Origin: Amoebophrya sp. A120
Lineage: Eukaryota > Protista > Dinoflagellata
Reading direction: 5' to 3'
DNA: 64,000 nucleotides
NCBI GenBank assembly: GCA_905178155.1
Contig: CAJINV010000002.1
Location: forward strand, 13,088,480-13,152,479
The translations under genes and the position numbers were made by a program. This document shows, in pieces, positions 1 to 12,907 of the stretch. How positions within the stretch are numbered: position 1 is the first letter of the stretch; the number at the start of each line of letters is the position of its first letter. A model generated the notes under the pieces. That model saw nothing but the letters and a program-made list of their open reading frames with translations, was not told the DNA's origin and made no database searches.

Positions 1-253
1 CTGCAAAAGGGGGCAGACGTAATAGTCGTGGCCGCACTTTGATGCTCTTGTATTCCTGTTTTTCTGCAAGTAGAAGAGATGGATAAGCATGGCATAGCGC
101 ACCAGCTTTTTTTTCTTTTCCTGCCAGTATCGTTCTTCTCAGAGCTTCTAACAAGTCTCTGCAACCACGGGTGAAAATACGGCTCGGCGCCCATGAGAAA
201 GCCATTCGCGTGAGAGAAACAAGATTTTTTATTTCATACACGTTCCGGGCCCG

Positions 254-2410
254 TTGCAGTTGGCCGTTCAGCTTCTAGAGATCAGCAAGGTGGCAGCGCG
301 GATAACTGAAATCGTACGCCAGCTTGGGCCGGTGCTGCAGAGGGCTGCTAACACCATGCAAACCGAGCACAAGAAGATTTTCAACTACGTCAAAGACCAC
401 TATGACGCTATGTATAGGACTATAATGCTTCTTGTTACTTCGTTGAGAGGCTGGGCCGCCAGAGCAGGTAGTCATGCCCAAATACGTATCATACAGATGA
501 TGCTCCGGTGGGTTGTCTTCTCCCTTTTGACTCTTCCAGCAATCAGATCAATGGCAATTGCGGCATCGAAATTATATTGAAGGCTAGGAGCCAGCATGTC
601 CTGACAACTACAAATTGCTTGAAATTACTCACCTTTCAGGATAAATTGGTTCGGGGGCAGACGACAGGATGAGGACCAGGAGGAGTACGACCAGCGACTT
701 TCCAACAAGTTGCAGGAGAACATTGAAACTCAGAAAAGATGGCCGAAGTGGTCTGCGATCCCTCTGTGGGTCCGAGAAGTGGACGGCGAAACGGTGCAGA
801 CCTACGTAAGATTGCAGTTGCAGAAGGTGCGGTCTTCAACAGGGGATCCGCCGAGCAACCAGCAGGCACCGAGCAGCAGTTCGTCGTCTGGGGACACGCG
901 TGGCAGTTCCCGCGGTCACGGTGCTAACTTCAACGCAACCCAGGGATACCAGGCACAGGTCCAAACTTCCGTCGTAACTGTCAGAGACACGGCCGAGGAG
1001 ATTTCGCAGCGGGCTTCGGGGGTCATGAAGGATTTGATCGAAAACGGAGCGATCATGCCCGCGGTTCAATTTGGCATCGGGCAGTTGAGTAAAAAAATGT
1101 GGCAGTCGTGGGACGACAAACTCGATAATGAACTCCAAATCTTTCGATCAAAAACGCATCAGGCAATGGCGTTCAGCGGCAAGCCGGCGGCCCGGGCGCT
1201 TGTCGCCACGGTGCGTGATGCGGAACGCACCGCGATACTGGCAAAGTTCTCACCAAAGGAGCAGGCCAAGGTGAGGAAGATGCTGCTGCAGCAGGACCTG
1301 GACTCGGCGATGGATGCCGCGGGAGCCCTGGACCGCGGGGAGCCGGCGAGCCTCCACCACATCGGTGCGCTCACTGAAACGCTGCAGCAGCCCGTCGTGC
1401 TCCGCGACGAGAACCAGAATGTGCTCACCACCATCGGCAAGGGCCTCCCTGGTGCTCCGTGCAACGTCACGTATTATAAGGGCGAAAACGGCAAACCCGG
1501 ACACTACGTGGCGACGAATGCAGCCGTGGGGGACGGGTACACCTCCCCCGGAAAGCCTACCGGGAAAAATGCTTGCTTGTTCAATGCGGTGGCGGCGCAA
1601 GTGTATGGGGATCAGGGCAGGGGCGCACAATTGCGGGCCAAGACGGCTGCTCACATTCGGAACAACCCCCAGCGGCTCATGACAATTGCCAGTTCGATTC
1701 GCCGACACAACTTTTATAAGGGCGGCGCGCCGTCGTGCACGCCTGAACCTGGCAATGACCTCTGGAACGCAAACGCTGAGATGAGGACCTCGGTGGCCAA
1801 TCACGTAGTTGCACACGGTAAGGCCGCAGGTCACGATTGGCCACGACCCGATGCAGAAAATATTGATTTGCACTTCAATGTGATGCCTGCGTGGCAGGCT
1901 CATTTTACGTTAAGGTGGGGTGGTGCAAGATACGTTTACGGTGCGAATCCTGCAGATCTGGACGCCTTGCCTATCCTCCCAAATGATATTCGATACCGAC
2001 ACGACGCAAAGGCATTCGCTAAGGCAAAGGCTGCAGGCATAGCAGCGCCGAACGCGGCCCAGGCAAAAGCTGCACTCCAGCACTTTGTCACTTTAGTCCA
2101 TCCGATTGCCAGGACAGCAATCGCTGCAAAGCATGGAGGCGCAGTCGCAAACAATTTCCCCACTCCGGGCCATCTTACAGTCCAGCGGAATGACGACACT
2201 GTAAGAAGTGTCTTTGCTTTGAGTGGCGGCGTCTACGGAGGAACACTTGCTGCCCGCCAAGCATTTGCCGACGAACATAATCGAGTAGTGCTCCCACCCT
2301 TTGATCCGAAAGCTCTGGCTTTAGATCCGCCTCTTGGCGCCCCGGGACCGAAGCCAAAACCGAAGCCTATGCCAAAACCGAAAGGAAAGCCAGCTGGTGG
2401 TGGGGTTTAG
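254..2410 (+). CDS. 5'-truncated multi-exon gene: helical region + circularly permuted OTU-like cysteine protease + xxGG motif + unknown C-terminal domain
   Basis: Exons at about 254-468 and 640-2410, both in the same frame. An OTU His-loop-like segment 'HIGALTETLQQPVVL...VTYYKG...GHYV' (His codon 1502) lies before a Cys-loop segment 'GKNACLFNAVAAQV...LRAKTAAHIRNNP' (Cys codon 1574), then 'FYKGG' (1712-1726). The start of the gene is upstream of the window. Confidence 0.75.
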
Positions 2411-4246
2411 GAGGCGTCCATCACACCAATAACCTGTTAGTTTGAATGACGCCGTCGTTGGAAAGCAGCGCATCGGAGATTTAGCCGCCTGGCCCTGAAT
2501 TTCTATCGTGCATTGTGGACGCATGTCAGAGCCACTAGGAATTCATGCAAGTCTTAGCTCAAGACGAGCGACAGCTTCCCCTGCTGAAAAAAATCCGTTC
2601 GCTCAGGTGAGAACAAAGTGGGCTGCGACTTTCGACGATGCCGACAGTCTTGTCTTCGATATGATTTGGCAGAAAGAAAGGCACTTCTGCTGTTTGCCAC
2701 GAGCTATCGATAGAAACTTTGATCCCGGTTGAGCCTGTGTTTTTTATGAGGATTGATCCACAGTGTGCTTCTTACTAAGAAAGTATTTTTGTCGTCACTG
2801 CAACATTTTTATTAGAAATTGAAATACATATAGCAGCATCGACTTCAAAACCTTCTTCCGAAAAAATGCCGTGTACTCCGTGTATTTTTTCGATCCACAT
2901 AATTCCCCTTCCTGGGATTAGTTTACCATAGTTTTAAAATCCTCTGGATAATTATTCAGATATATTCATTCTGGCTGCGCGGTAGATTCTTATTCAAGTA
3001 TGTCGATAGTAAGAAATACAGCCACTTTTCCGGATTGTTTGGCTGCGTGGGTTATTTTATTTCTGTAGATTGTGTATGATATCGATATGAACATTCTGGG
3101 CACGCATTCAAAAGAAGAACAGGCATCAAAAAATAGATATTTGCCCCTTTCCGGATGTTTCGAGGCACATTGCTATTGACGTCCTTGAGCAAGCAGTCAC
3201 GCTTTGTGGAAAATGATAAAACATGTAAAATGAAAAGATGAGAAGTCGTTTCGTCCGCGCGTCAATAGGTGACATCTTTGAAAGTTTCGAGCGTTTTCAA
3301 TCGACATTTGATGACATTTACGTTTCGACCATGCACCGGACGTGTACTCTCACAGATGAAGGTGTGGAAAATGTCTATGAAAGTGTAGCTACGTCACTAC
3401 AATGCTTCAACAGGTCTGTGATTTACGAGCATGATGCATTCGTGAGTCATTCACTCGTCAGCGCAAGAAATGTAAAGCAGCCCTGAAAAAAAGAAAAACG
3501 CAGACATTGCTGGGGAGACGCAGTTTTCTCTTACACTCAAGGATTCGCAAATATGTTCGGGAGCAGCAATTACACTGATATATCATAAGGCAAAATCAAG
3601 GAACACAGAGCGGCCAGCCAGTCATTTTCACCTGAGCAAAAATTACACCTCGCGAAATGGATCTGCAAAAAAGCCGAGGATACGTGCGCCTTTCATCCAG
3701 ATTATACGCTGTGAAAACATCTAGGTCGAATGCATAACATTAATGCTCATGTTCGCGCGAAGAAATGACAAAAGATGCAAAGAAACCGGAGCTCAGATCA
3801 AAAGGGCGGACAGCGTCAGTAATTACGCTCACCAAAGAGGACTAGAAATTAAAGGAACATTTTTTTCGTCATTTATGCAAACCCAGGCGATGCATTTGGA
3901 GCAATTTTTCAACCGAATAAGTTATTTGCTAATGATGTATCATTCATTGTACTACTTAATCATGATGATAGTGAGCACTGCCATGGAGCGCGCCTCGGCA
4001 TGTTTCAAGCTCGCTTTTTTTTCCAAATTTGTTCGGAAATTGTATCTCTTTCTGCCTATGTGCATCTTTCGGAAGATAGTGAGAGCAAGAAGAAGCGAAG
4101 CTAGTGTGTAGATGAAATTGAATTTGTTGTTTCCATTGGTGACGCTTCGAAATTTTTTCAAACCGAGGTTTTATCCTCACTAGCCTATTCCCGTTCTGGA
4201 GATATAATTGACGCTCATCTCCACAAGTGTCACAAATTATAGTAAG

Positions 4247-7200
4247 ATGGGCGATCCCGTTAGAGCGAATCTTCATTTTCCCAATTCCCAAAGCAGTCCA
4301 GAAAGCCGGAAAAAGATGGAATTGTCAATCCGTGATCTCGCAGGAAATCGTTTGTGTGCCGTTCCAGTGGACCAAGACCAGGAGAGTATTCTTCTCCGAG
4401 ATGTGAAAAAAATCGTGGCAGAGATTTCTTGCCGTGGCGGACGCCATAGCATTCTCTTCGGGCAGGGCATTCTAGTTGACCAGAAGGTCTTTGAAGACGC
4501 TTGTTCGAATAGCATGATCACGGAACGACCCCCAGCGCCAAGAAATTTCCAGGAGACCGAGCTAACGCAGGCCGCCGCGGAGCAGTTTGCACGGAAGTAT
4601 ACGACTCAAATCCGAGAGCAGGGTGATGTATCTGAATCGCGGGAAAGTTGCCTCGAATCGCTCGTGTCGGCAGAACCAGTTGCGCTAGCAGCGGATCACT
4701 GCAATGGCCCTCCTGCCGGAAGTCAATGTGCCCCGGAACCCGACGAACACGAAATGAACAAATGCATCGTGAGGGATGGGCGCTTTCCAGTTCCGTTGCG
4801 GAGGGAGGACGGGCAGCGAGTGACGGAGATCCAAGTTGTATTCGACAGTCGTGCGGAGGAAGCGTTTCGCTGCGCCCGTCGCCGCCTTGAGAAGACTAGT
4901 GCGTCTGAGCAGAACGAGTTCTTGCGGTATTCGGAGTGGCAGTCATGTTCCCAATTTATTGACGACCTTCAGGTAGTTGCCCATCACGAAGTAGCGGACG
5001 ACTTACAGACCGACCGCGATCTCCCGGAAGAGTTAGACGAGAGGACGCATATAGTCTGTTGCTGCTGCAGATACAAATTGCAGGAAGGGGAGCTGCCGTG
5101 TCTCTGCGAGCAATTAACTGACATATATCCTCCCGGGGTAGACTCAAACTTCGGCACGTGCGATTTCGAATTTCGCGAGGCTTTGGTCAAGCTTGCAGTC
5201 GGGTCATCTTTAGAGTGGGATCCGTGTTCGAACCCGCAAGCAATAGAGATGGGAAGTACTGCGTCTCTTTTTCGATCAAGCAGGGACCTCACTCTGTTGG
5301 CATGTAGCATTAATGGCCTAGCGCTTCGCTACGCGACCCCAGTTTTACGCAAGGACTCGGATTTAGTCCGGGTTGCAGTGTCCAGGGATTGGCGATCTTT
5401 ACGCTTCGCAGATGTACTCCTAAGATCCTCGCTGGAGTACGAGGACATTGCTGAGTGTGCAATCAGGCAAAACGGATGGGCCTACAAGTATCTTCGAGGC
5501 GACCTTCAACACAGTATTTCCATGATCAAGCTAGCCGTGGAGCACAAACCGTGGTGTCTCCGTTGTGTTCCTGCGGAAGTGCGGGCTTCATCTGCCGAAA
5601 TACTTGCGAGAGCTGCAGCAACGGACGGAGTTCCCGCACTAAAATTTTGCGCGCAGCGCCTGCAAACAAAGCAATTGCTGCAAGTGGCGGTGAAGTCGAA
5701 TGGACTAGCGCTGAAGTATTGTTTGCCCGAGCTTGTTGATAGTAGTATTGTGGAGCTCGCTGTGCTGGAAAATCCATACGCTCTTCGGTTCGTAACAGAC
5801 GAAGCACTCAGAAGTGACGCTGGCATCCTACTGAAACTCCTTCGCGGTCCGAGCCCGATGCTGCGAGCTTCTTGGCATTTTCCATGGAAAGGAACGACAG
5901 ATAGCTTAGCTCTTGGCTTTGGGAGCAGGCACTGTGTACCACAAACCGGGGGAAGTCCTTCAATTTTTCCACTCCCATTTTTTTCCGCCAAAGATAGAAG
6001 TGGCTCGTCACAGTCTTGCGGCGACGAACTCGCTAGTGAGAGCGCGGCTTGTTCTGAACACAAATGCACGCCTTCCTGCGGTTGTTCCGCGTGTTTGCTC
6101 GCTAGTACAAAGTGGAATCGCACGCCAGCCCGATTTTCGAAATGTTTGCGAGCTACCACAAATGAAACGGTGAGGCGACACGCATGTCTCTTGCAGCGGT
6201 ACATTCAAGTCGCCGACTTCTGTGGAGATGGAGAGCACATCTGTAACGCAGTTTGCCACCGGCAGGGGCACTTCTACCCCACTACTGACGAGTTTACTGA
6301 GAGCAATGATGTTCTCACAGCGCACTTCGAGAACCTGCAGGAGGAAGAGTTCGCTTCAGTTCCAGAGGATCTTCCTGCCTTAATCCTACAGAAAGGGAAG
6401 CAAGCTGATCTCTGCGATAACACGGAACTCATTCGCCAGTGCGTCAAGCTTGACGGACTTTGCCTCGAGCACGCTAGTCTCCGACTCCGTTGTGATCGCG
6501 AAATCGTCCGAGAGGCAGTCGCTCAAAACCATGACGCGCTGCTTTTTGCAGAAGGTGACCTGCGTCGAGACCCAGAATTTATTGTGGAACTTATGGAACA
6601 CGCGTGCGCAGGTTCGTTTTGGAACGCAGACAAGGAAACTGTGCAGGATGTTTTACTTCTCGGACGCGCCGGCAGGGATCTCTCGTTACGGGCCTTTCGC
6701 GCACGGCCCTGCCTCCTGGAATTTGCGCAGCCAGAATTCAAGAAGGATTCCGCTATCGCTGAAGCGGTGTTGGCTCTTGATGGCACAGCCCTGCGGTTTT
6801 TGGATCCTCTTTTTCAACGCGAAAGGCGCTTCGTGCATCTTGCGATGACAGCTGGCGGTTGTCTCGATCACGCCGCGGAGTCGCTGCGACACGACGATGA
6901 ATATGAAAATCAATTCCGTTTCAGTGTCCTTGTCGGTTGTGAGGAAATTTTTCTCATCACCCTCTTGCCGCAAAGTTTTTCGTATGCAGAAGCAACATAC
7001 GTCCCTCGTGCGGTACGATGGACGTAAGGCACGGTGCCTCATGAGGCACGGTGCCTCATCTCATGCGATTGGCAATACGTAAAGCCACTGTTTTCCTATG
7101 CAAAGCTGTAAGCCTTTTCTGCTCAGGTGCGATTTTGTGTTTGGCATCAGCAGAAGATATCGAGAAATAAGCGCTATCAGTGCGGCGCCCGCTTTGCCTC

Positions 7201-8271
7201 TCGCTGACGCGCGGGCGCGCCTCGTGAGAATTATGACGTGCAAAGATTTGTTTATGAGTTGCAAAGACGCGGCATTTGCATTTGAACTGATCCCACGACT
7301 ACTTCTGGCAACAGTCAGCTTCGCAAGAGACCGACAGAGGTAACGATTACAATTTTCATAAGCCGTTGATTCGAGAACAGATCCTGTCGAATGCTGGAAA
7401 ACTTAGCGCTTTATCTCTGAACGAGCGATACACGGCTCGTCGAAAACTCTTGCCTTATTGGGAACAGACCATGAATCGGACTGCGAATAGAACCTGTGGC
7501 GATCCAGTTCTACTAGAAGCCGCACTACTCCTCGGTATCGCTACTTATAAGCACATCCCATGCGATCTTGATCACGTTCTTACTCCAGCAATGGCACGAT
7601 CCACGCTGAAGGAGCTACGCCGTACATTCGGACTCTTACCTCTCAATCCCCCGCCAAAGCACCTCAGCGACATCCCGTCTTCGATGCAAGGTGATCCCTT
7701 GGTCCAATGCGAATTCTATGTGGAGGCTGTGACTACTCGTCGTCGCAACCTCGAACGAGATACAATTTTCACCGGATTGACTACGACCCAGGCCTTCTGC
7801 CAAACCTTCTTTCTGTACATGGATGTCGAGGACGAAGCTTCGGTGTTCTATTCGTCGAAGGAGGACGCGGAGGAGTACGCGCTCTGGACGCTGCAACGAG
7901 CTCCCTGGGGCGCAGAAGTGTACTTCCTGTTTCCGAACTCCGTCCGCGATTCTGCAAAAATTCAAGACGCGTTTTTTCAGTTGTGTGGCGAACCGCTTGA
8001 AATCGGAAATTTGGTTGGCTTTACTTTGATGCATTGCGCGGAGCTCACGAGAAAAAGGTGTACGACATTAGAAGGAGAATGGTCTAAATATGAGCGCAGC
8101 CGGAAAAGCGGGGTGCCCGAAGTCACCTGGAGAACAACCGGGACCTACAGCCCGGTCGAACAATATCTCCGCTTGCGGTTGCCAGCAGGCCACGAGACCC
8201 CCGAGAAGAGTGCACAGCTTAGCACAGCTGAAGCCCGTAGAGAGATGATGGCTCCGCCACCTTTTGCCTAA
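4247..8271 (+). CDS. DUF4116-repeat protein with a probable N-terminal ubiquitin-like domain (2 exons, about 4247-6900 and 7362-8271)
   Basis: Repeated 'AV.QNG.AL.(F/Y)A...LR.D..IV..AV' units (INGLALRYATPVLRKDSDLVRVAV, CVKLDGLCLEHASLRLRCDREIVREAVAQNHDALLFA). The N-terminus 'LSIRDLAGNRLC...LRDVKKIVAE...HSILFGQGIL' fits a beta-grasp/Ubl pattern. The two ORFs are separated by an IR-bounded intron. Confidence 0.75.
6901..7361 (+). mobile_element. IR-bounded non-canonical intron (introner-like)
   Basis: TATGAAAAT (6902-6910) is the reverse complement of ATTTTCATA (7352-7360), and the match extends imperfectly inward. Removing about 461 nt joins the two ORFs in frame. Exact ends are uncertain. Confidence 0.6.
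7027..7059. repeat. Two 17-bp tandem copies of a palindromic unit (AGGCACGGTGCCTCATG)
   Basis: aggcacggtgcctcatg aggcacggtgcctcat. Each unit is self-complementary around a central G. Confidence 0.9.
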
Positions 8272-9659
8272 GTAGTAGTTTCTTCAGCATCCATTGCGCC
8301 TTCCGACCATCCACCGAAAAGATAAGTTGATCAATCGTTCGAGGAAAGAAGTAAGATTTGTGGATTCTACGATCGTCCTGGTTATTGAATAGCAATGGCA
8401 GTACCGTTTTTGAGCGACCTTTTCTGCGCGTTCATATAAAACTGCGCGACGAAAGGGGTGCAACCTGCCTTCTCGACCCCATGCGTGACGTGGATGATTT
8501 TATTGATTTTTTTGAAAGAGAAACCAGCAGATAAGATGAACTTAGTATCAGCAACATGGAATCGTCTACGACGTGACTGAACATTTATCGTGTGCTAGGA
8601 CCAATCTAATAAATAGAAACTGCGCAGCGTATTCATAATTCAGTAACTACTTTCGAAGTATTCAGCAACTACCGATGCCTGGTTTCTGTCGCGCCAAGTT
8701 GAAGGTGACCGGCGCGTCAGAATTCTGTATGATAAGGCGCGCGGACACCCATCAGAAGGTGAATTTCTCCACGTGGAAAATCCTGAACCTGATTTGACGA
8801 AGACAAGATGAAAACGAAGCGAATTGAGGAAAGAAGGTATGCGATTTGTTTTCCACCTTCATTTTGCAGGAGTATCTTCAAGGCGATCAACTTTGCCGTC
8901 AACTCTACTCAGTCGCCAGGTATTAGTTCATCCGTCCCTTCCCTGCAGAGAAAGGAAAAAAGCTCATCACATGCAAAGCTCTTGCCTACGTGAGCACGAA
9001 TGTAAAGCAATAAATCTTCAAGGGTCCTCAGCGCTGGTTTCGCCAGGACCTAGACCTGCAAAAGAGGCACTTTCTCCCACTGTCACACAATTCCATCGGC
9101 AATTTCTCTGGAGTGATCTTTTTCTTTGTAGTTCTCGACTAAAAATACAAACTGCGTAAGTAGCAAAGCCAAAGTTGATCATGCCGCATAATTATAGTTG
9201 CTCCGTCACTCCCTTTCCAGTTCATGCTCATCGTGATCACCGGGTACTTGAATTTGGACAGAGGAAGCTTGCATCTGAATCATGATTTGAAGACTTAGCT
9301 GGCTCTAGAAGTGGATTAGATCTTCATATGTAACCAGTCAGGTCACCGAGCGGTTCTACCGTGCAACGCTAATTGCGCCTCGTCGAAATAAGAAAGCTAC
9401 AGCATAGGATTCACCAAGCAGCTTGCAAACGAAACGATCCCTACAGAAAACACGCCGCAGAAGGTAGAACTGCCTACAGGCGTTCTCAGCAATAGAGCAT
9501 CACCAAACTAAACGTTATTGCTACATACAGGAGTAGACAGCCTATCAAGAGGTAATCGCTTTTGATAGCGCAGGAGCAGGTCGTGGGGGGTATACCCTGA
9601 ATCCGGAAACTCTCTTCCATTGGCTCTGAATATGGAAACAGATCTGAATAAGTAGTGCA

Positions 9660-10310
9660 ATCCCCTTCACGCGCCGGTTGGTGAATTCATAGCTTTGAGC
9701 TCCGTTGACGCCTCGTTGTCGTGTGCTCAGGGCCAGCGAACAGCAGAGTTTAGCAGTGTTTAGGCGTCACAGGCGTAGGAGATGATCTCATCTGAAGCTG
9801 ATCCGGTGCTCCTCCGAAGATCCATAACTGACTCCGCTGTCATCTGCAATTGCTCCGCATCATCAGAGATCCATCGGACACGGAATAAAGGAGAGCTTCC
9901 TCCGCGAAAAATAGCACGTACTAACTTGGGTATCCACGGCGCAGTCTGGAGCTGTCCGCGCCAAGATCAGGATCATCAATTTTTGTGATGTCAATTATAG
10001 GCTGCTCCAGATAATCAAAGCACTCTCCGAAGTTGCACAACGAACAAGCCACGATTGCAACACAATTGCTGTCAGCGACCAAGTACTGAGTCACGGGATC
10101 ACGCACGTTGATCGCGTGATCAGTTGCCGCAGGCACACACGGTCGGCATTTCGTTGCAGGCGCATCGATGCTGTAGCTGTTTCTGGTGGTTCATGATCAC
10201 AAGGAAGATCTCTACCTCTCCTGCCGCTTGCAGCGATGTGATTATTTTCGCATTGGTGGATATCTATGAAAACAACACACTTGAAATTTTTGCAATCATT
10301 CCATGGCATT
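9660..10310 (-). pseudogene. Possible decayed minus-strand coding remnant
   Basis: Overlapping short minus-strand ORFs (9921-10136, 10091-10309) with protein-like composition, broken by stops and frameshifts. No recognisable domain. Confidence 0.2.
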
Positions 10311-10686
10311 TCAGGTCCCGCCGCTTTTCCACCTGCCTGGTTCTGTCATCTTTATGACTTACTCTCATATTTATGGAGGTACACAACGCTAGATAGTGTA
10401 GTCTCGAAAAGTCTTCTTGAGGTGTTTGTCTTTCATCCTTCTCCGATCTTCCTGAGTTTAGGATGGCAGGTAGAATTTTTTTTATTTTTGTTTATTAACC
10501 ATCTGCCCCAGACGTGAATTGGAAAGGCGCAGGACTGCATAGTGTTGAAACTCAGCATATTATTGAATACTTGTCTGTTGCCATTTGTCGTGGTATGTGG
10601 GGGGACAAAAAAAGTGCGCATCTTATCAAATATAAGGTGGGGATATTGATGGATAGCTTGTTTATTTCTTCAAAAGCAAAACGACA

Positions 10687-11661
10687 ATGCCGACGCTTTG
10701 CAGTCGGAAGAAGTTTGCAGCGGTGATGGTTTGCCTCCAGCAATATTGTCACGCCGGTCAGCCACAACAAAAGTGCCGGCCTCTTCCAAATAAGTCGTTG
10801 CCAGTCCAGCGAGCAGAGTGCTGCGCGGACGGCTCCGACGGGGAGACGACGGGACACAGCTGCGCCTCCGACCTGGAAGAGGGTGCCCCGCCGGAGGAAT
10901 CGGACAACGGCTGGAGAATGGCGGTGAACGGCTCAGGCGGCGGCTCAGCCAGCAAGAGTGGGGCCGAGCCAATTGCTCAGGAGAGCGAGGCTCTTGAGAC
11001 GTTGAACAGAGCAGTGACTCCAGAAAAGCGAAACCGTCTGGAAATCGAAAACTCGTGCCGCAACGAAGAGAGCGTGGACCTCTGTCGCCAGCAAGCGGGG
11101 GCCGAGCGTGCTTTGGCTGCAAAGAAAAGATCCGATGAAAAAACACAGCAAGTGAGAGTGAGGCATGAAACGCTGTATAATTCACAAAAGAATGAAAGCA
11201 CCGATATAGAGGCAGAACTAAAGCAGCAAAGCGAAAGAGAAGAGGACGCGGAACTGGGGCACAGCGGATACTGTCCCCTTAACCTTGACAGTAAGCTGCC
11301 GCTTCTGTCTAGTCACGCAATGGCGAAGAGGATGCTGAAGCTGAATGGACATGAGGCAAAAGTCTGGGTCTCGAGTCGCAAAACAACTGACGCTGAGCGA
11401 GGCATCCCTTATGCTGATGAAAACGAGCAAGTCTCCTACCGTGCAATGTTGCGATCCCGTAACAAGTTTTACCGATTGGTTGAGCTTGTCTGCAAGGCCT
11501 GCGAATTCACCTTCCGCTTTACCTTCGAAACGGATTTCGCGCCGGATGAGGTTTTCAAAAAAAAGCTGTTTGGATTGCATGACAAAGAAGCTAGAGTCAG
11601 ATACCGAGCCGATCAACATAAGTTCCAGGAAGAGGTTTTGCTTTTATCCATAGAATATTAG
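10687..11661 (+). CDS. Hypothetical protein: charged low-complexity N-terminal half, C-terminal CxxC...H segment
   Basis: 324-aa ORF containing 'FYRLVELVCKACEFTFRFTF...LFGLHDKE'. Coding-like fragments interrupted by stops continue to about 12310. Confidence 0.45.
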   Translation: MPTLCSRKKFAAVMVCLQQYCHAGQPQQKCRPLPNKSLPVQRAECCADGSDGETTGHSCASDLEEGAPPEESDNGWRMAVNGSGGGSASKSGAEPIAQESEALETLNRAVTPEKRNRLEIENSCRNEESVDLCRQQAGAERALAAKKRSDEKTQQVRVRHETLYNSQKNESTDIEAELKQQSEREEDAELGHSGYCPLNLDSKLPLLSSHAMAKRMLKLNGHEAKVWVSSRKTTDAERGIPYADENEQVSYRAMLRSRNKFYRLVELVCKACEFTFRFTFETDFAPDEVFKKKLFGLHDKEARVRYRADQHKFQEEVLLLSIEY

Positions 11662-12907
11662 AACGCACTTGGGGAAAACATATAAAACATATTTGAGGCC
11701 TAGGACTATACAGAAAATGTATATCCCGCCACAAAGCTCGCGACGTTTTCTTTCCATCACGATGCAATTTACACCACATGGGTGACTGTGCTAATTTCAA
11801 CCAGCGCAAGAATTTTTTTTTGAGTGTCGACACAAAGAATGTGAATCAGGACAAGCTGCAAAACGTACTGGCTTGGAGAAACCTGACGACTTCAGAAGTT
11901 CTGCAAGATCCGTCATGAAAGGGAGGCTCTTTCCAGGCAATTTGTTGGCATATGAGAGCGCATTGTCATCTTTTGGTCGGTAACGTCTCATCACGCTTGC
12001 GAGTGGTCGTGCATCTGCATTCGACTTCGGTCATTACATCGATACGAAAACGCAAAAAGATCCATGATCTCCCAATGGAAACTCACAGAAAATATATATC
12101 TCATGCGAAGGCACGTCCGCAACCGCAACCTCCGCACAAGTAAAGCCAGTATCGCACGAACGAACCAGCGACAAGTCAAAACGAAAGAAAAGTTCAGATA
12201 CAAAGATCTAGAGGTAGAAAACAAGGAGCTGCATCAAGATGCAAAAGTACAATTGGAATGGTCAGGGTCGTCGACTATCGATACTTGCCGAGCAGCCTCT
12301 ATCTTCGATTAAAGATCGCACGCGGACCTGCCGTCGCGTGCTGACGTGTTGAAAATTCTCAAACTTTCCTTCTTGTTGTACTGATTCCTTGTTGTACAAT
12401 TTACGTACTTGTGCTGAACTAATCTATCAAAACAACCAAAAAGACAAACATAATATGAATTTATAATTTGTGGCCTTTTGTTGGAATGAGTACGAGCAGC
12501 AGTATTCCTCAATTGCTCGCATTGGCGACAAACTTCTATGCACAGTGTTTGTCTCTATGGTGATGATATCACCAACATCTATAATTCTGGCCGACGAAGG
12601 TTCTCTTTTAATTGGGGAGTCGGCATATACATAAATATACTTGTCTCCTGATACTGATACTCAGTCAAACTCATACTGGGAATCGGCATGTACTCCTGAT
12701 ATTGATATCTGTCTCGTAAGCCAATAAGTATTCAGTATTCATTTCACTTCCTTGTGTATTGCGTTTACTTTGGAAGTAGATGTGCCGACCATTAAAGACG
12801 TGTAGTTTGTGCACAGCTAACAATGTAGTTAGTAAAACAGGACACTGGTGTCTTCCAGCAGGGCCGTGCCACTTCTGAGAAGAAACAAGAGTAGCAGTGG
12901 GTCTCAC

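Noticed and set aside
2500-4200. Short ORFs and possible RNA genes in the AT-richer spacer
   Set aside because: No protein motifs, tRNA cloverleaf or rRNA signature recognised.
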